Shown here: positions 1-10,797 of the stretch, one piece after another
Layout: every line of letters begins with the position of its first letter
Position numbering within the stretch: position 1 is the first letter of the stretch
Source: Paraglaciecola sp.
GTDB lineage: Bacteria > Pseudomonadota > Gammaproteobacteria > Enterobacterales > Alteromonadaceae
Direction: 5' to 3'
DNA length: 64,000 nucleotides
NCBI GenBank assembly: GCA_034111785.1
Contig: JAWUWP010000020.1
Span: 18,735-82,734, forward strand
Made by a program: the position numbers and the translations under genes
Notes under the pieces: generated by a model
Told to the model about the DNA's origin: nothing
The model's database searches: none
Seen by the model: only the letters and a program-made list of their open reading frames with translations

Positions 1-1
1 T

Positions 2-610
2 AACCGCCATGTAGAAGAGGATGATGGCCCTGAGGAATATACTAAAAAGATTTTTGAGTCCACTATGGCTTCGTTAGAAGTGGCCCGTCAATCTGTGGAT
101 ATTAGCGCCATAAATCGGGCGGTAGACCTGTTAACCCAGGCCCAAAAAATATCCTTTTTTGGGCTAGGCGCATCAGCTTCTGTGGCCCATGATGCACTCA
201 ATAAATTTTTCAGATTCAATGTGCCTGTGGTCTATTTTGAAGACATTTTGATGCAGCGCATGAGTTGTATGAATTCTGGTGAGGAAGATGTGGTGGTATT
301 GATTTCGCATACAGGGCGCACTAAGAGCTTAGTTGAGATAGCGCAGATAGCGCGCAGTAATGATGCCACAGTATTAGGGATAACCTCAGCAGACAGCCCG
401 TTAGCTAAAGAATGTAACTTAGTGCTGTCCCTTGAAGTGCCTGAAGATACTGATATGTATATGCCTATGGCGTCGCGTATTGCGCAGCTCACCTTAATCG
501 ATATTTTAGCCACAGGTTTTACCCTCAGAAGAGGCAATAAATTTAGAGAGAACCTTAAAAGAGTGAAAGACACATTGCGAGGCTCCCGATTTGATAAGCG
601 GGTAGATTGA
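2..610 (+). CDS. hexR: RpiR-family transcriptional regulator HexR (5' truncated by window edge)
   Basis: Frame is open from base 2 (NRHVEEDDGPEEYTKKIFESTM...). SIS domain motifs FFGLGASASVA, SHTGRT and MPMASRIAQL. Adjacent to pyk. Confidence 0.92.
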   Translation, partial: NRHVEEDDGPEEYTKKIFESTMASLEVARQSVDISAINRAVDLLTQAQKISFFGLGASASVAHDALNKFFRFNVPVVYFEDILMQRMSCMNSGEEDVVVLISHTGRTKSLVEIAQIARSNDATVLGITSADSPLAKECNLVLSLEVPEDTDMYMPMASRIAQLTLIDILATGFTLRRGNKFRENLKRVKDTLRGSRFDKRVD

Positions 611-660
611 TTATCTATAATATAATAGGTTCACTTTGATGAGTTTTTGCTCTACCATTT

Positions 661-675
661 CGTAATAAAATTACA
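661..675. promoter_or_regulatory. HexR operator upstream of pyk
   Basis: cGTAATAAAATTACA matches the tGTAATwwwATTACa HexR palindrome described for Shewanella/Alteromonadales. Lies between hexR and pyk. Confidence 0.75.
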
Positions 676-811
676 ATTTTGTTAATTTGTTAATTTGTAA
701 CTTTTTGAATTGTTATTCGACTTTCAAAAATTTACATTCTTTTAGATTTTTGAGACTTTGCCCCAAGAGTTGCGAAGATAAAGATATAACGCGCCATTAC
801 TACAGAGCAAT

Positions 812-2251
812 ATGACTATGTTAAGACGTACCAAGATACTTGCCACATTAGGTCCATCTACCGATACGGTAGAGCAAATAGAAGCCATCATTAAAGCCGG
901 GACCAATGTGGTCCGTATGAACTTCTCTCATGGTACAGCACAGGACCATATTGAGCGTGCAAAGAAAGTGCGTCAAGCGGCGAAAAAATTGGGCAAGTAC
1001 GTGGCTATATTAGGCGATCTGCAAGGTCCAAAAATTCGCGTAGCCAAATTTATTGATGACTCGATCATCCTCACCATAGGCGATAGTTTTATCTTAGATG
1101 CTGATATGGACAGCACCAGCGGCAACCAACAAGCGGTAGGTATCGATTATAAAGCCTTGCCCCAAGACGTAGTAGATGGCGATATATTGTTGCTGGACGA
1201 TGGCCGAATTCAGTTAAAAGTCATGACTGTAGAAGGTAATAAGATCCACACACAAGTGACAGTGGCCGGCAAGTTATCCAACAATAAAGGTATCAATCGT
1301 CAAGGGGGAGGACTGTCCGCCGAAGCCCTCACCGCAAAAGATAAAAAAGACATTGTAACCGCAGCTGAGATAGGTGTGGATTATTTAGCCGTATCATTCC
1401 CTCGCTCTGGTGATGATTTACGCTACGCCCGCCAACTTGCCGAGAAGGCCGGCTGTAATGCTATGATCTGTTCTAAAGTTGAGCGCGCCGAAACCGTTGC
1501 CTCTGATGCCGCGATAGACGACATAATAGAAGCCTCAGATGCGGTGATGGTGGCTAGGGGTGATCTGGGTGTTGAGATTGGTGATGCAGAATTAGTCGGT
1601 GTTCAAAAGAAACTGATTGCCCGTTCAAGACAGCTTAATAAAGTGGTGATCACCGCCACACAAATGATGGAGTCGATGATCAGTAGTCCTATGCCCACTC
1701 GCGCCGAGGTCATGGATGTGGCTAACGCTGTGCTAGATGGCACAGATGCCGTGATGTTATCCGCCGAAACCGCGGCTGGAGAGTTCCCGGTAGAAACCGT
1801 TGAAGCTATGGCTAGGGTCTGTGTGGGTGCCGAAACGCATCCCAGTGTCACAGTCTCTAAACATAGAATGGATGAAACCTTTAGTACCGTCAGCGAAACA
1901 GTGGCCATCAGTGCTGTGTATTCTGCCAATCACTTTAAAACGGTAAAAGCCATAGTGGCATTAACGGAAAGTGGTAGCACCCCCTTATTGATGTCCCGTA
2001 TTACCACATCACTGCCTATCTTTGCCTTATCTCGTCATGAAGGCACCTTAAACAAAATGGCCTTGTATCGTGGTGTAAAACCCGTTTATTTTGACTCAAG
2101 AAACAGTAATGTCGGGCAACTTACCAAAGATGTTGTGGCCATACTATTAGATCAAGGTCTGTTATCTAGTGGTGATCAGTTTATTATGACTTACGGCGAT
2201 ATAATGGAAACAGTAGGTGGCACTAATGCCACTAAGATAGTGATTGCCTAA
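812..2251 (+). CDS. pyk: pyruvate kinase (PykA-type)
   Basis: Motifs [55 protein letters not shown]. Confidence 0.98.
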   Translation: MTMLRRTKILATLGPSTDTVEQIEAIIKAGTNVVRMNFSHGTAQDHIERAKKVRQAAKKLGKYVAILGDLQGPKIRVAKFIDDSIILTIGDSFILDADMDSTSGNQQAVGIDYKALPQDVVDGDILLLDDGRIQLKVMTVEGNKIHTQVTVAGKLSNNKGINRQGGGLSAEALTAKDKKDIVTAAEIGVDYLAVSFPRSGDDLRYARQLAEKAGCNAMICSKVERAETVASDAAIDDIIEASDAVMVARGDLGVEIGDAELVGVQKKLIARSRQLNKVVITATQMMESMISSPMPTRAEVMDVANAVLDGTDAVMLSAETAAGEFPVETVEAMARVCVGAETHPSVTVSKHRMDETFSTVSETVAISAVYSANHFKTVKAIVALTESGSTPLLMSRITTSLPIFALSRHEGTLNKMALYRGVKPVYFDSRNSNVGQLTKDVVAILLDQGLLSSGDQFIMTYGDIMETVGGTNATKIVIA

Positions 2252-2288
2252 GGGCCCAATATCATCATTATTGGCTAGTATCTGAAGC

Positions 2289-2321
2289 AAAAAACGAGCA
2301 GGTTATGGCTCGTTTTTTTTT
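2289..2321 (+). terminator. intrinsic terminator after pyk
   Basis: aaaaaaCGAGC-aggttatg-GCTCGttttttttt. Confidence 0.85.
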
Positions 2322-2469
2322 GCCTAAATTTTAGCATACTGTCACAACAATCCAGTGCAGCGTCCAGTCTAATCAACAAACAATATAGTTACTCATTACC
2401 CAAATAAATTAAAATTTATTGGGATCCCCTTTACACTCTAGGTACATAAAATGTTAATGAGAATAACTG

Positions 2470-3645
2470 ATGAGTACAAATAAAGAATTCGATATTATTA
2501 TATATGGTGCTACAGGTTTCACTGGCAGGTTAGTGGCTGAGTATATGATCAAGCAATATTCCGCTGACAGTTCAATCAAATGGGCTATGGCTGGCAGAAG
2601 TGCCGACAAGCTAGCCCAAGTAAGAGATGAGATTGGTGCGCCACAAGACACCCCATTAGTGGTGGCCGACGCCAATGACTCCGCTTCCATGCAAAGCATG
2701 GTGGATAGCAGCAAAGTCATATTAACGACAGTAGGACCTTATCAGTTATATGGCTCAGAATTAGTGGCAATGTGTGCGAATTCTGGTGTGGATTATGTAG
2801 ACTTATGTGGTGAGCCGGTGTGGATGAGTGAAATGATCCCAGCCCACGAGAAAGCCGCACAAAAAAGCGGTGCACGTATAGTCTTCTCTTGTGGTTTTGA
2901 TTCAGTGCCCTCAGATCTAGGCGTACTACATTTACAAAATCTGGCGAAAGAGCAGTTTGGCCATGCCATGCCTAGAGTCAGATGTCGGGTTAGAAAAATG
3001 AAAGGTACTTTCTCTGGCGGCACAGCTGCCAGTCTAAAAGCGACCTTAGCTGCGGCCAAAGTTGATCCGGCTAAGATGCAAGCCTTACTCAATCCTTTCT
3101 CTCTCACACCAGGTTTTACAGGTGCTAAGCAGCCCTATGGCAATAAAGTCTATCATGAAGATGACTTAGGCTCTTGGGTCACACCTTTTGTTATGGCGGC
3201 CATTAACACCCGTAATGTGCAGCGTTCTAATCTATTGTTGGGCTTCCAGTACGGTGAAGATTTTGTGTATGACGAAATGTTTATGACTGGACCAGGGGAA
3301 AAAGGGGAAGCTATCGCCAACGCGATGGCCAATGACAAAAGCATGGGCGGTGACGGTGGACCTAAACCTGGTGAGGGTCCAAGCAAAGAAGAGCGTGAAA
3401 CCGGTCTGTATGACATCTTATATGTGGGCACAGATACCGCTGGCAATACCATCAAGGTGGCAGTAACAGGTGACAAAGATCCTGGTTATGGTTCTACGTC
3501 CAAAGTGATTGCCGAATGCGCAGTTTGCCTCGTTAAAGATGCTACTGATACCAAAGGTGGGATCTGGACGTCAGCCCCAGCTATGGGTGATATGCTGATC
3601 AAGCGTTTAGTGGCCAATGCTGGACTAACCTTTACTCAAGAATAA
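2470..3645 (+). CDS. saccharopine dehydrogenase-like / trans-acting enoyl reductase family oxidoreductase
   Basis: Motifs YGATGFTG, AGRS, TVGPY, YVDLCGE, CGFDSVPSD, GDKDPGYGST. Confidence 0.9.
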   Translation: MSTNKEFDIIIYGATGFTGRLVAEYMIKQYSADSSIKWAMAGRSADKLAQVRDEIGAPQDTPLVVADANDSASMQSMVDSSKVILTTVGPYQLYGSELVAMCANSGVDYVDLCGEPVWMSEMIPAHEKAAQKSGARIVFSCGFDSVPSDLGVLHLQNLAKEQFGHAMPRVRCRVRKMKGTFSGGTAASLKATLAAAKVDPAKMQALLNPFSLTPGFTGAKQPYGNKVYHEDDLGSWVTPFVMAAINTRNVQRSNLLLGFQYGEDFVYDEMFMTGPGEKGEAIANAMANDKSMGGDGGPKPGEGPSKEERETGLYDILYVGTDTAGNTIKVAVTGDKDPGYGSTSKVIAECAVCLVKDATDTKGGIWTSAPAMGDMLIKRLVANAGLTFTQE

Positions 3646-3663
3646 TTCTACTGAGCAACAACC

Positions 3664-3693
3664 AATAAGGGGTCAACTGGCCCCTTATTTTTT
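3664..3693 (+). terminator. intrinsic terminator
   Basis: AATAAGGGGTCA-ac-TGGCCCCTTATT followed by a T run. Confidence 0.8.
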
Positions 3694-3755
3694 CCCCCAA
3701 ACACCGAGTTAAACTCCCCGGAGCTATACCCTGTGTTGACTCACACTGCCCTCTA

Positions 3756-4950
3756 TTACTTACGAATAAGCGGCAGTCCTGTGCCTCATCTATTGGCAAA
3801 ACCAGGCCAGGGATCGCTAAGTTTACCATAGGTTTATGTCAGCTGATTACTGCTTTACCCCTTAGGTAAGGACTCACAGGCACTGGCTTTTTGTTTGGCA
3901 TAACAATCCACAAAAGCCAAGGTCATGTGCGAGTTAATAGGGTTCATGCTCTCCATTTTCCAGCTAGGTTCATAATAGTGACCGATATCATCGTCTGTGG
4001 CATAAGCCACTTTAGGTGCAGGATGGGGGCAATATTATGTCTGGCATTTTCATACACCAGCAGAAAAGTATCTTTACCACCGGTTGGCTCAAACAACCTT
4101 TTTACACCCAATTCATAACCAGACACATCATCATAGTCACCACTCACATATAAACTAGACACAGTGATATGGCTCAAGGCTTTGGCGCTATGTACATTGA
4201 GTTCTTGGCCCCAAGGTGCATAGTCGACCATGGCCTTCCAGCGGCTATCTACTTTTTCACGGCCACCGTTGCAGCTATTAAAGATAGGCAACATGGCCTT
4301 AGCTGCTGTCTCAGGAAAACCCAAAGCGTGTAGATTTTATTGGGTCAAACTGTCACAGCCCCCTGTGGTATTGATAGCTGCATAACCACCCATTGAATAG
4401 CCGATCACGGATGCATTGTCAGTCTCCATAATATTACCCAAATCGGATTTATCAACGGCAAAATGATCGATGCCTACCACCACATAGCTATGACTGGCTA
4501 AATGTTCACCTCAATACAACATTATCGGCCGATACCCTATATAACCATGGGAGAACACCACTAATGGCGATCCTAAACTTGGGCAACGTGGGGATCACGT
4601 ACACTGTTGGCTTGCAGTGAAAAAGGCTTATGTAAAGGGTCAGATTGTCATAGGTGGTTTTTGCATCTGTAGGCTTAATCCTGGCCGGATACCAGAACTC
4701 TACAGTTAAGGTTCGATCTACACGACTCATATAGTCTTGACTACTCAGCTGATCAGGGTTGGTGATCAGCATCCTTCTTACGCCAACTGCATGTTATCCT
4801 GATTTGGCCAACTTGGGGGGTAACACAGGGCTGAACCGTATAGCGTTGTTGCCCAGCTGCAGCCGCAACGCATCTGGGTAAACCAGCCATTAAGGTTAAT
4901 AACAATAAGCCTAAGCTTGCAGCCATCGATCCTCTAATACTGGCATTCAT
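3756..4950 (-). pseudogene. fragmented exported alpha/beta-hydrolase (dienelactone hydrolase / PAF-acetylhydrolase-like)
   Basis: Fragments in several frames: signal peptide, DRTLTVEFWYPA, PLVVFSHGYIGYRPIMLY*GEHLASHSYVVVGIDH (TGA at 4511-4513), nucleophile GYSMG (4388-4402), LYVSGDYDDVSGY, YENARHNIAP, DIGHYYEPSW...DPWPGFANR*GTGL. Multiple stops and frameshifts. Confidence 0.85.
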
Positions 4951-4951
4951 C

Positions 4952-6148
4952 TTACTGTCCTTGAACGGCACTGGGGGTTAAAAATTCGTTCACTCGGGTG
5001 ATGGCATTTTGCCGAATATTGCCATAAAACAAACTGAAATCTAATAGGTGGTAACTTTTGTTTGCTTGGTTTAAGTGATTCGAAAAGGCATTCTCTGTCT
5101 GAGGCAGTATTTCTAATCGTCCATCAGGCATGCATTGCGCCCAGGTTAATTCTGAGGTCAAAGCTGGTAGCTCTGCAAAAATAAAACCAGGATTATTAGC
5201 CAGCAGCATATTAACGGGTGTGCGTTTAAATTCTACTGGCATGGCCCCTAAATGTTGCTCTTGGGGGGCTTGCTCTTGGTCCATTTTCCAACTTAATGGA
5301 TTCACACATAGCGTGGGTTTTACTGGTTCATTTTCCAAACGATTCACTTCCCAGCCAGTTTTATACCAATGGGGTACTTGAGAGTCAGCCGTGCCACCTT
5401 GTCCATAGGTATCATAACTCACGATACACCCTAGCTGATTGGCACTTTTACAAGGGCTGATCTGCTCAAATCCACGACTAAATTTATCTTTTGGTAGCCA
5501 GTACCCCACCAAATAAGCGGCCACTAGCTGTTCGTATAAGGGGCTGTTGTCGACTTTTTGTTCAAGCAAGCGCATAGCATGTGCTGTGCCTTGGCTGTGT
5601 CCTACAATAATAAACCCTCGGCCTTGGTTATGGTGCGTTAGATAATAATCAAAAGCCGCCTCCACGTCTTGATAGGCCAAATCTAAGGCTTGTGTGCCCG
5701 GTTCAAAATGCTCGGGCATAAAAGATTGTAGGTGGGCTTCACGATAGTGAGGGGCATAAATTTGGCAACATCCGTTAAAAATACTGGCCATGCTCGACAA
5801 CATATACTCAATGGATTGGGCTTCGGAGTTTTCGATGGCCATGCTCGAATTCCATCCCCCTGGTCCCACATAACCAGTAGAGTGCACAAAAAAAACGTCC
5901 ACATCCTTAGACGCGAGATCAGTGCTGGTATCGACACTTTGAGGTATCAAGTCAGCGGTGTCTGTTTGCTGAGGGTGAGCCACCCAAAAGTATGAGTGGT
6001 TATAATCAGGCGCGCTTGGTGCTTGCTGTTCGCTAAATGTTGCGGGGGGTGCCAAATAACTCCACACCCATTGTTGGCCAAAAACACCTAAAATAATGAG
6101 TAAGGTTAAAAGAGGTAACAACACCCACAAGGCCGTTTTTTTCAACAT
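4952..6148 (-). CDS. DUF3089-family alpha/beta-hydrolase with N-terminal membrane anchor
   Basis: Motifs APDY..W..HP, VDVFFVH, IYAPHYR, AYQDV..AF, GHSQG nucleophile elbow, CVNPL, YH.LD. Confidence 0.85.
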   Translation of the reverse strand: MLKKTALWVLLPLLTLLIILGVFGQQWVWSYLAPPATFSEQQAPSAPDYNHSYFWVAHPQQTDTADLIPQSVDTSTDLASKDVDVFFVHSTGYVGPGGWNSSMAIENSEAQSIEYMLSSMASIFNGCCQIYAPHYREAHLQSFMPEHFEPGTQALDLAYQDVEAAFDYYLTHHNQGRGFIIVGHSQGTAHAMRLLEQKVDNSPLYEQLVAAYLVGYWLPKDKFSRGFEQISPCKSANQLGCIVSYDTYGQGGTADSQVPHWYKTGWEVNRLENEPVKPTLCVNPLSWKMDQEQAPQEQHLGAMPVEFKRTPVNMLLANNPGFIFAELPALTSELTWAQCMPDGRLEILPQTENAFSNHLNQANKSYHLLDFSLFYGNIRQNAITRVNEFLTPSAVQGQ

Positions 6149-6261
6149 ATAATTGGTTCTCTGTTAAATCTGTATAGGCTAACTTATATTATCTAACCTA
6201 ACTGTGGCAAGTCTGCCAGCACTAAACAAAGCTAGCGCAGGGCCCTAAGCTGTTTGACTAG

Positions 6262-6900
6262 TTAATGACCCTGCTTATCATTGGTGGAATACCAACCGGC
6301 AATGCTATATCGATCGGACCTTGTGGCAAGGACTTCGTGGGGAAAGGTGTCACTTAGGAAAATCACACACTGGTTAAAAACCGGAGGCACAATTAGCTGG
6401 GGTGATTTTTGTTCATCAGCATACAAAAGTAACTCACCGCCATGCTCTTTCTGCCAATCTCGGTTCAAGTAACAGACTGTACTAATGACTCTGTTGCTGA
6501 GCCCTTTAAATGCATCCATATGCCTTCGATAATAATCGCCTTGGCGATACACAGAAAAGTGACTTTGAAAGTCAAACAAACCTAAAAATAAACGGCGATT
6601 TAAGCCCACTCTTAACTCTTCCATAAGTTGTAGATAGTTGGACTGCACTGGACTAGATGGCTGCAACCATAAGGTGGAATCACTTCTAATTTTACTGTTC
6701 ACTTGCAGATCATGGCGACGCCCTACTGCCGCAGGTTTGAAATCCGTAAGGGCTAAAGTATGGGCTTCTTGCATTAATTGCATCGCTAACCCTAAGGGCA
6801 GAAAATCTTCAATCAGGATCAGTCCATCTTGTTGCAGTTTTTGAGCAATATTATCCATAAGAATTTCGCTTAACCCTGACTGTTGATGGTTATCATTCAT
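6262..6900 (-). CDS. 2OG-Fe(II) oxygenase, SM-20/EGLN (PHD-like) prolyl hydroxylase family
   Basis: IRSD...W, YYRRHMD, YLN.DW...GGEL, FPHEV, RYSIAGW. The HxD...H metal triad and the 2OG-binding Arg are present. Confidence 0.88.
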   Translation of the reverse strand: MNDNHQQSGLSEILMDNIAQKLQQDGLILIEDFLPLGLAMQLMQEAHTLALTDFKPAAVGRRHDLQVNSKIRSDSTLWLQPSSPVQSNYLQLMEELRVGLNRRLFLGLFDFQSHFSVYRQGDYYRRHMDAFKGLSNRVISTVCYLNRDWQKEHGGELLLYADEQKSPQLIVPPVFNQCVIFLSDTFPHEVLATRSDRYSIAGWYSTNDKQGH

Positions 6901-6925
6901 AGAGGAAGCGCATCATATTGTATTA

Positions 6926-7807
6926 TCACTTTAACAGTCGCATGCCTAAAATAACCAAAGACAAGCCAGCAAAATGCATCCAAGTTAAGGGTTCGTTTAA
7001 TAGATAATTGGATAATAATATCGTCATTAATGGGCCCACAGCCCCCACTATCCCTGCTTTGCTGGCGCCAACAATTTTCACCCCAGCACTGACCAAAAAC
7101 GACGGGATCAGAGTGCAAAAAATAGCCACCACTGTGGCTCCAGTATAGACAGGCCAAGTTAAACGGGTAAGATCTTCCACCCCGGCCAATGTGGCGTGCA
7201 TTAACATAGTCACCACTGCCGCTAGCATAGCAATGCAGGTAAAGCGTTGACTGCCCATACGCCTCGAATAAATTTGATTAGCGACCATATACCAAGCGGT
7301 AAGAATACTGGCGATAAAGACCAAGGTACTGCCTAACCATAAATTTTCGCCACCAAACTTTAGATCTGCAAAAAAGAATAGACCTATACCTGTGTAGGCT
7401 AGCAACATGGCTATCCATAACTTTGAGGTGGGTTTCTCTTTTAATAACAACCAGGCCAGCAACATAGAAATAGCAGGATAGCAGAATAGGATCATCCGTT
7501 CTAAACCTGCACTGATATATTGTAGGCCTTGAAGATCAAGGAAGCTGGCAAGATGGTAACATGCGATACCCGCTATAATGGCCCCCAGCAGATCTTTGTT
7601 GGAAACCCCCCATCCCCGTTGTGACACGGCCCAAAACAAAATAACCATATAAAAAGGCAGTATAATCAACATTCTTAGACTTTGTAACTCTAAGGGCCCA
7701 AGGCCCATTTGGTACAAAATTTTGACTATGATGGCTTTACTTGAAAAAAGCAGAGTGCCTAACACAACGAAAAAAACACCTTTATGTTGGCTTATATATT
7801 CAATCAT
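6926..7807 (-). CDS. EamA/DMT family transporter
   Basis: About 10 TM helices, FSSKAIIVK, GLQYISAGLER.ILF.YP, two EamA repeats. Start moved to MIEY (7807). Confidence 0.88.
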   Translation of the reverse strand: MIEYISQHKGVFFVVLGTLLFSSKAIIVKILYQMGLGPLELQSLRMLIILPFYMVILFWAVSQRGWGVSNKDLLGAIIAGIACYHLASFLDLQGLQYISAGLERMILFCYPAISMLLAWLLLKEKPTSKLWIAMLLAYTGIGLFFFADLKFGGENLWLGSTLVFIASILTAWYMVANQIYSRRMGSQRFTCIAMLAAVVTMLMHATLAGVEDLTRLTWPVYTGATVVAIFCTLIPSFLVSAGVKIVGASKAGIVGAVGPLMTILLSNYLLNEPLTWMHFAGLSLVILGMRLLK

Positions 7808-7914
7808 ATTTATCTCTACACCTAGGCCTAATTTCATCCATCAAAAGTCTCATAAAAATTAGGCGAAGCACCCAAGGGCTTTATTAATGTCAGCAGTAGG
7901 CATTCACCCTAGCC

Positions 7915-8745
7915 TTATAATTCCAATCCAAGCTGATATAGGTGATTCTTTTTTAAACCAAATTGCTCAGCGGTAATAGCTGCGGCCTTTTTCAGAGGCA
8001 GCTCCTTAAGTAACAGCTTCAGTAATTTTAGAGCCTCGGCTGAGACCGCCATGGGGTCAAGCTTTTGACCGGCTATCATCAACACAAATTCTCCTCTTTG
8101 ATGATTGCTATCCGCTTCAAGCCAAGTCAAACATGCTTGAGCGCTGCCTGAGTAGAAGGTTTCAAAGGTTTTAGTCAGTTCTTTGGCCAACACCATTTTT
8201 CTATCCTCGCCAAGCTGCTCAACGACGTGCCGCACAGTATCTGCGATGCGTCTTGGGGATTCATAAAATACACTGGTACTGGTTTCTGTGAGCAGTTGCT
8301 GCAGGGCTTGTTGTTTGGCCATCACTTTAACGGGCAAGAAACCGCTAAATTTGAATTTATCAGTGGCCAAACCCGCCGCACATAAAGCCGTGATCGCTGC
8401 ACATGGACCCGGCAATGGCACAACGTTGACGGCCGCCGCTCGGCATTGGGTCACCAATCCATAACCGGGATCACTGATCAAAGGGGTACCTGCATCACTG
8501 ATAAGTGCAATATTTTGGCCCCCTTGTAGCTTGGCGATAAGCTGCACAGCCCGCTGGGATTCATTATGGTCATGTAAAGAAATTAATCGAGTATGGATAC
8601 TATAATGTTGCGTTAACTTTTGACTGTGTCGCGTGTCTTCTGCCGCAATCAAATCCACCTCGGCTAAGACCCGTAACGCTCTATGGGTGATATCTTCCAA
8701 ATTACCTATTGGTGTAGGAACAATAAAAAGGGTGCCGGCTTCCAT
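7915..8745 (-). CDS. rsmI: 16S rRNA (cytidine1402-2'-O)-methyltransferase
   Basis: Motifs VPTPIGNLEDIT, AAEDTR, SDAGTPLISDPG, FYESPRR, KELTKTFE. Divergent from lpoA. Confidence 0.97.
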   Translation of the reverse strand: MEAGTLFIVPTPIGNLEDITHRALRVLAEVDLIAAEDTRHSQKLTQHYSIHTRLISLHDHNESQRAVQLIAKLQGGQNIALISDAGTPLISDPGYGLVTQCRAAAVNVVPLPGPCAAITALCAAGLATDKFKFSGFLPVKVMAKQQALQQLLTETSTSVFYESPRRIADTVRHVVEQLGEDRKMVLAKELTKTFETFYSGSAQACLTWLEADSNHQRGEFVLMIAGQKLDPMAVSAEALKLLKLLLKELPLKKAAAITAEQFGLKKNHLYQLGLEL

Positions 8746-8880
8746 CTATGATGATCCTCTGGATAATACACAACTCCTTCACTCTATGAGTGATAAAGCA
8801 TGGAGGAACAGTGTAATCTTGCTAGATATTTATTGTCGTTACTATAAACTATTACACAGGTTTTTTTGTGGATATAAGCG

Positions 8881-10797
8881 ATGAATTTTCGAAATGTTGC
8901 CATACTAAGTATCCCTTGTTTTATCTTAGTGGCGTGCTCGAGTGGGCCCCAACGTCACAGCAAAATTGATGGTCAGGACCCTTTAACAGATAGGGTAGAG
9001 GTTGTTCAAGATAGTTTATATCATCTAGATCAAGCACGGCTAAATTTCGGTCAAAACCATGATTTTTTCCCTCGTAACGACTCGTTATTAGCGGCGGCAG
9101 CAGCCTTACAACAGGAGCAGCAATGCCCCAAGAGCATAAAAATGCTTAAAGTGTTACAAGGGGATTTACAAGATAGTAGACAACTAACATTGGCTAATGT
9201 GCTGCAAGCAGAATGTTATTTAATGCTCTCCGTTGACTATCTGGGCTTAGCCCAGCAGCATTTACAGGAAATCAGTTTTGATTATGGCTATGGACCTCGT
9301 ATTGCCGCTGTGCAAGGAAAGATATATGCCCACCAACAACGTTGGCTGCTAGCGGCCCAAGCATTACAACAGTCATCAATAGCGGTTAAGCAACAAAGTC
9401 CATTGATCTGGGACTGGTTGCAAAACTTAGATCTAGCCCAGTTAGAACAAGCTCTCCAACAAGCACCAGAACTAAAAGCTTGGATACAATTGACTACAAT
9501 AGTGCAACGTTTTGCGCTGGCGCCGCAGCATTTCATTTCACATGTTGCCAGATGGGAAGAGGCCCACCAGGGTCATATTTTACAAATAGACTTACCCATA
9601 GAAATTCAACAATTACTGATCCTGCCGCCCATCTCGCCTCGAAAGATAGCCATTTTGTTACCCCTGACCGGACGTTTAGCGAGTCGCGGCTTAGCCTTAA
9701 AACAGGGGTTTTTAGCTGCCTACCTAAATAAGCTGCCCAAAGATAATAGCCTCGATAACTTTAATCTAGTATTTGAGCACAGTGGACAAGGGCCTCAACA
9801 GATCCGTTTTTTTGATTCAGCCTTAAAAACCCCCAAGGAACTCAATGATTTAGTCATAGACTTTGATCTAGTCGTAGGACCTTTGGTAAAAGAAAAGATT
9901 GTTGGCTTAAGTAAAATATTGCCAGCAGATAAGATATTGCTGGCGTTAAATCGAGTAGAATTAGGCCAGACTATAGCCAGCATTGAGCCCACAGCGCTGT
10001 TGTTAGAACCCCAACCGACAAAAGAACACTACTACTTTTCTTTGGCGCCAGAAGACGAAGCACGACAATTAGCCCAGTATGTTCAGGAAAAGCAGTTAGG
10101 CAAACCCATTATATTTGTGGCTGACAATGACACCACTAAACGTATGGCAGAAGCTTTTATCGCGCATTGGCGACAAACACCTGGCACACAGATCCCCACC
10201 ATGACGATATTTAAAGATAGTAAGGACATGCGCCGACGAGTATCGCAGATGTTAGATGTGGCCCAAAGCAAGGCTAGGATCAGACAAATAGAGCGTATAT
10301 CTAATGCGGAGGTGTTTGGAGTAGAGCGAAACCGCCGTGATATCGATGCCATTGTCCTCTTTGCCAGTCCCCAACAAACTGAATTATTGAATCCTATTAT
10401 CGAAGCCAGCTTGAGTCCTTTCGCCAGAAAATCTTTATCGGTATTTGCCTCATCTCGCAGTTATAGTTCTGATTTGAGTAATAACAGCTTACGTGACCTA
10501 CGTAATCTTACGTTTAGTGATATGCCCTGGATGTTACCCGCTCATGATTGGCAAGACTTGTCTGCCTTGGTCAGCGATTTATGGCCACAAAAACAAGATA
10601 GCTTATTACGCCTGTTTGCCATGGGATATGATGCCTACAACCTATTAGGCCAATTGCGCGCGCTAACACTATTACCCAATATTTCCAGCCCTGGACTGAC
10701 CGGAAACATCAGCATAGACACTCAAGGGGTGTTACATAGAAGGCTACCCTGGGCCAAGGTAGCGCAAGACAGGGTCATGCGTCTTGCAATGGATTAA
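8881..10797 (+). CDS. lpoA: penicillin-binding protein activator LpoA (LppC family lipoprotein)
   Basis: Lipobox LVAC, KIAILLPLTG, VVGPL.K, LAPEDEA, RLFAMGYDAY, GLTG. rsmI-lpoA-yraN synteny. Confidence 0.9.
   Translation: MNFRNVAILSIPCFILVACSSGPQRHSKIDGQDPLTDRVEVVQDSLYHLDQARLNFGQNHDFFPRNDSLLAAAAALQQEQQCPKSIKMLKVLQGDLQDSRQLTLANVLQAECYLMLSVDYLGLAQQHLQEISFDYGYGPRIAAVQGKIYAHQQRWLLAAQALQQSSIAVKQQSPLIWDWLQNLDLAQLEQALQQAPELKAWIQLTTIVQRFALAPQHFISHVARWEEAHQGHILQIDLPIEIQQLLILPPISPRKIAILLPLTGRLASRGLALKQGFLAAYLNKLPKDNSLDNFNLVFEHSGQGPQQIRFFDSALKTPKELNDLVIDFDLVVGPLVKEKIVGLSKILPADKILLALNRVELGQTIASIEPTALLLEPQPTKEHYYFSLAPEDEARQLAQYVQEKQLGKPIIFVADNDTTKRMAEAFIAHWRQTPGTQIPTMTIFKDSKDMRRRVSQMLDVAQSKARIRQIERISNAEVFGVERNRRDIDAIVLFASPQQTELLNPIIEASLSPFARKSLSVFASSRSYSSDLSNNSLRDLRNLTFSDMPWMLPAHDWQDLSALVSDLWPQKQDSLLRLFAMGYDAYNLLGQLRALTLLPNISSPGLTGNISIDTQGVLHRRLPWAKVAQDRVMRLAMD

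Noticed and set aside
6897-7157. 86-aa same-strand ORF overlapping the EamA 3' end
   Set aside because: Alternative frame inside a confident gene, with no motif or good start.
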